This document shows, piece after piece, positions 59,557 through 64,000 of a stretch of DNA of 64,000 nucleotides. A program made the translations under genes and the position numbers. Location: the NCBI RefSeq assembly GCF_009914755.1, contig NC_060929.1, one strand, 5' to 3'. Each line of letters begins with the position of its first letter. Position 1 is the first letter of the stretch. Below the pieces are notes generated by a model. It worked only from the letters and a program-made list of their open reading frames with translations. It searched no databases and had not been told where the DNA came from. The DNA comes from the human T2T-CHM13v2.0 reference genome, Homo sapiens.

Positions 59557-59756
59557 AGCCAGGCACAGTGGCACATGACTGCAGGCCCAGCTACTTGGGA
59601 GGCTGAGGTGGGAGGATTGCTCAAGCCCACGAGGTCCAAGCTGTAGTATGCTATTATCACACCTGTGAACAGCCACCGTACTCCAGCCTAGGCAACACAG
59701 TAAGATCTCTTCTCCAGAAAAAAAAGAAAAGAAAAGAAAAGAAAGAAAGAAAATAA
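59557..59756 (+). mobile_element. FAM (fossil Alu monomer) inside antisense L2
   Basis: Monomer retaining GCTGTAGTATGCTATTATCACACCTGTGAACAGCCAC; (GAAAA)n tail; TSD AAGT(A)TCCAACTAGA. Confidence 0.88.
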
Positions 59757-60057
59757 AAGTTCCAACTAGAGCATCATGAATGAAAAGAATTGGATTGGGG
59801 AGACTTTGCAGTAGTAAAAACTGTCATGACTCGTCAATGTCCTCTATACAGAGGATAAGAGTGAAAAAAGAGTCAAAGATGATTTTGACATTTCTAACAG
59901 CTTGGAAGACTAGATAAATGCTGTTATTTAGGATAGGAGTGTCCTAAACATAACAGGGTATGGCAAGAAGATATTGAGCTCAGTTTGAGAATTTTTGAAT
60001 TATATCTTTTGTTAAGACCCCGGAAAGATCAAAGGCAATGCCTCGAAGAATGTTTGA

Positions 60058-60399
<342 letters not shown>

Positions 60400-60602
60400 T
60401 AAGAATGTGCCCCACAGATCCTTTCTATTAAATAATAGGAATTCTACAAATCTTAAAGAGCATTATCCCACTGCAGCTTCAGAGGGAACTCAAAGTAGAG
60501 AAGAGCTTATGTTAAGAAGATTCGTGGGCGTGGCTTTTGTCTAAGGCAGTAAACCCCAATAGGATTCACCGGAAAAACCATACACTTTTTAAAAGAAGTA
60601 TA

Positions 60603-60889
60603 TAGTAGTCCCCCCTTATCTATGGTTTCACTTTCCACGGTTTAATACAATAGGATATTTTGAGAGAGAGACCACATTCACATAACTTTTATTACAGTAT
60701 ATATTGTTATAATTGTTCTGTTATTATTATGTGTTGTTAATCTCTTACTGTGCCTAATTTATAAATTAAACTTTATCATATGTATGTATGTGTAGGAAAA
60801 ACATAGTACATATAAGGCCTAGTACTATCTGTGGTTTCGCACATCCACTGGGGGTGGAACATATCCCGCATGGATTGGGGGGACTACTA
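60603..60889. mobile_element. MER44 (Tigger7-derived) MITE
   Basis: TIRs TAGTAGTCCCCCC / GGGGGGACTACTA with TA target duplication on both sides. Confidence 0.9.
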
Positions 60890-61167
60890 TACTAGCAGGA
60901 ACATCACCAGCTTGGATGAAAAGGGACATCTACAAGTAGGAAGCAGGCTGAGAAAACTGCTTAGCTGCAAACACAGGCTACATGTTATGGGAAAAAAAGA
61001 GTAATTCAGAGGACAGAACCAGGAGCCACAGGGTAGAACAACAAACAGTGAAGAATCATTCCCAGGCAATAGGACTGAGCCCTACTCACATGCCAGGCTG
61101 GATTTCAAAACTGCTAGGGACTAGCGACTAATGTTGCCCTCCTTTCTAAATGGAATCATCTACTGTA

Positions 61168-61460
61168 GATAGAAAATTAAAGAGACATGACAACTAAATG
61201 TGATGTAGGATTCTAGATTGGGTCCTGGACCAGGAAAAGGCCATTAGTAAGACAACTGGCAAAATTTCAATAAGGTCTATAGATTAGCTAATAGTATTGC
61301 ATCCGTACTATTAATGTCCTGGTTTTAATCATTTTACGTGTTGTGTCATTTGAGGAAGCTAGGCAAAGAGTATTTAGGAACTCTGTACTATTTTTGCAAC
61401 TTTCTTGTATTATAATAAGTCTGAAATTATTTCAAAATCTGAAGAAAAAAATAAAAATAG
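61168..61460 (+). mobile_element. L1MC4-like 3' end
   Basis: AAGAGACATGACAACTAAATG...AATAAGGTCTATAGATTAG...CTGTACTATTTTTGCAACTTT with A tail. Confidence 0.85.
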
Positions 61461-62681
61461 TCATTTTAAAATGTAAGTGTTACCAATTTTTTAAAACAGG
61501 CATCTGTAGTAGTTATCCCAAATCTATCCCAGTGTTGTATTTGGTGTGGAGGACAGATAACTTGTCTCTTGAGTTCACAGTCTTCAGATCAAGAGGAGCA
61601 GTACTCGAGTTGCTATACCCACGGAACTGCATTGAGGAGTCTCAACTACACATAGACCTGATTGAGACGATGAGACCCTGGCTCCTGAACCTGAGCCTGA
61701 TGCCATAATAGATGACACATTGGCCAGGGGGCCAGGGGGAGGTTTTGGGTGGAGATGAGTATATTTTTCATGTGTGAGGAATATAAATAATTTGTGCCAG
61801 AGGTCAAACTGTAATGTCCACAAATTCTTTGACCGTCCTTCCACCAAAAGGTGGTGTGTAATTCTCCTCCCCTTGAATCTGGTCAGGTCTTAGTAACTCT
61901 CTTCTAACAAGCAGAGTGTGGTGGATGTGATGCTATGTGACTTCTGAAGCTAGACCCTAAGAGACAATAGAGCTTTTATCTGGCCCTCTCTTGGGATGCT
62001 TATTCCTGGGCCTAGCCATGGTACTGTGAGGAAACCCAGGCAAGGTCCTTGGTCCTCAGACCCGGCTACACTCCCAGATGAAATTCCAGCCAGAATTATA
62101 TGCTTGACATGTCAGAGAAGAAACTTTGAAATGACCTTGTCGCAACTAGTGTCTGACTGTTCAGCCACCATCTGACTAAAATACATGAAAGATACTAAAC
62201 CTCCTAGCTGAGCCCCTCAATTCCCAGGACTGTGAGAGATTATAACAAATAACTGTTGCTGTGTTAAGCTATTCCATTTTGGGGTGTTTTGCCATACCAC
62301 AATCGATAACTGCCATAGGCAGGTAGAAACTGGGACTCAAAAAAATTAAGGGACTTTTCCCAAGTTCACACAGCGAGTAAGAAACACAGTCAGGAACAGA
62401 GTCACATACCCATCCGAATCAAAAGCCATTCTCTTTCCACTAATGACAGACATGACAGTAATTGCAGCTAGCCTGCATTGAATGTTTTCTATAAGAAGGC
62501 ACTGTTCTCTAAGCACTTCATGTGGAGTAACTCACCAAATGTTCATCACAATGCTATAAGGTAGGTATTACTGTGAGCCCCATAATATAGTTGGGAAACC
62601 TGAGGCACAAAGAGGTTCATTAATTTTCCCCAGGTTATCCAGCTAGTAAGTCACAGAGTAAGGACTCGCCTTTAAAAGTCA

Positions 62682-62834
<153 letters not shown>

Positions 62835-64000
62835 CTATGAACAGATGAAATCTTCAAATCAGATTTCATAAATTGAGAGGAGAACCAAGGACAACCCCTA
62901 AGGGACTGTACCCTCTACAAAGTGGTCAAAAGAAGACATGGTGATTGAATGACCTGAGAAAGAAGGGAGAGGGGAAAGAGGTGTGTCAGAAAACCAAACA
63001 CTATGACAGCATTCCTGGAGGAACCCATGGCAGGATCCACAAACCAGCTTCAAATTTTAAGGCTGACTGGGTCAACTGCAAGCCAACCATAAGGCTCCCC
63101 TCCCAAAGCCACATTGCTAGTAGCAAACTCCTCCACAGAAAGTAATCTTTGAACCCTAGAATGGAGAGTTATGTCATTGGATTACTCCCTGAGTCATGTG
63201 GACAGAGCAGCACTATTGATCGCCCTTTTCTCCCTCTTACAATGACAACACTCACTCCTACTCTGGAAGGATTAGGCTGTTATTTAACTTCAGACATGAG
63301 AAAAGTAAACTCTTATACTTATAAAAATATATATGGTTCATGACCTTGACCCAAGGAAGCCCATCAAACCCACTGGGACTCTTTACCAACTCAATGTTTT
63401 CTTTTAGACAGAGCTCCCTAGGATGCACTAGTTTTAGGTGATCCCTTTACAGAACTAATCAAAACCAATGCCTTTAACTTTTTTACCTCTGTACGACAAG
63501 CTCTGGATGTAAGGCAGACCATTCACCAGAGGCCCTGAGGCTGTAACACCACACAGGAGAAGCGCAAAGCCCACATTGTCTGTGGGCATAGGTGAAGCAG
63601 GGGCAAGCCTGGCAGAGGTGAAAACAGCACTTCCAAGGGAACCAGTCTCAGCTCCAGCTCCCGCTTGCCCTTTCAGTTGACTGAGTGTAAACCATACACA
63701 GTGGAAACCTACTCAGATAATTTACACAGTAAGAAACAAATACGGAAAGCTCACTTCCAATCTGGGAGCCACCCATGTGCCTCCCTTCAACTTACAAATT
63801 AGATTCTTTCCAGCAGAAAGACCTTTCTCCTTTCTCTCAGAGGTGGTGGTGTCTGGCTCTGCCCAGATGGTAATACTACTTGGCTCTACATGGTGGGATT
63901 TTCTTAGCATTGGCCTGAATCACCTGGGCTGAGCTCTGGAGGTGCCATCTGAAAGGAATCTCTGTCAGTACTTGGCCAAGACAACTTAATGTATATGTTA

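Overview
Primate (human-like) non-coding genomic DNA. I can support no protein-coding gene, tRNA, rRNA, CRISPR array or prokaryotic-type system. The ORF track is explained by Alu/L1-derived and chance ORFs. The window is dominated by transposable-element relics: about 22 Alu/FAM copies, one young 5'-truncated L1PA, many old L1M/L2/MIR/L3 pieces, MaLR/ERVL LTRs, and MER3/MER20/MER44 DNA transposons. It also has a Y3-RNA retropseudogene and a CpG-retaining segment near 1.3-2.2 kb with two tandem CTCF-type motifs. L1 and LTR pieces are mostly on the + strand, which suggests (inference) an intron of a gene transcribed on the - strand. The most unusual signals are mutational fossils: (i) a complex templated insertion inside an MLT1 LTR, made of an inverted copy of upstream DNA plus a probable copy of downstream DNA; (ii) an apparent L1-mobilised, polyadenylated retrocopy of a MaLR LTR sharing its target site with an Alu; (iii) several iterated or fold-back micro-insertion scars; (iv) a twin-primed old L1MC. 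Repeat subfamily names come from recalled consensus sequences, not a database search, and boundaries of old repeats are approximate.
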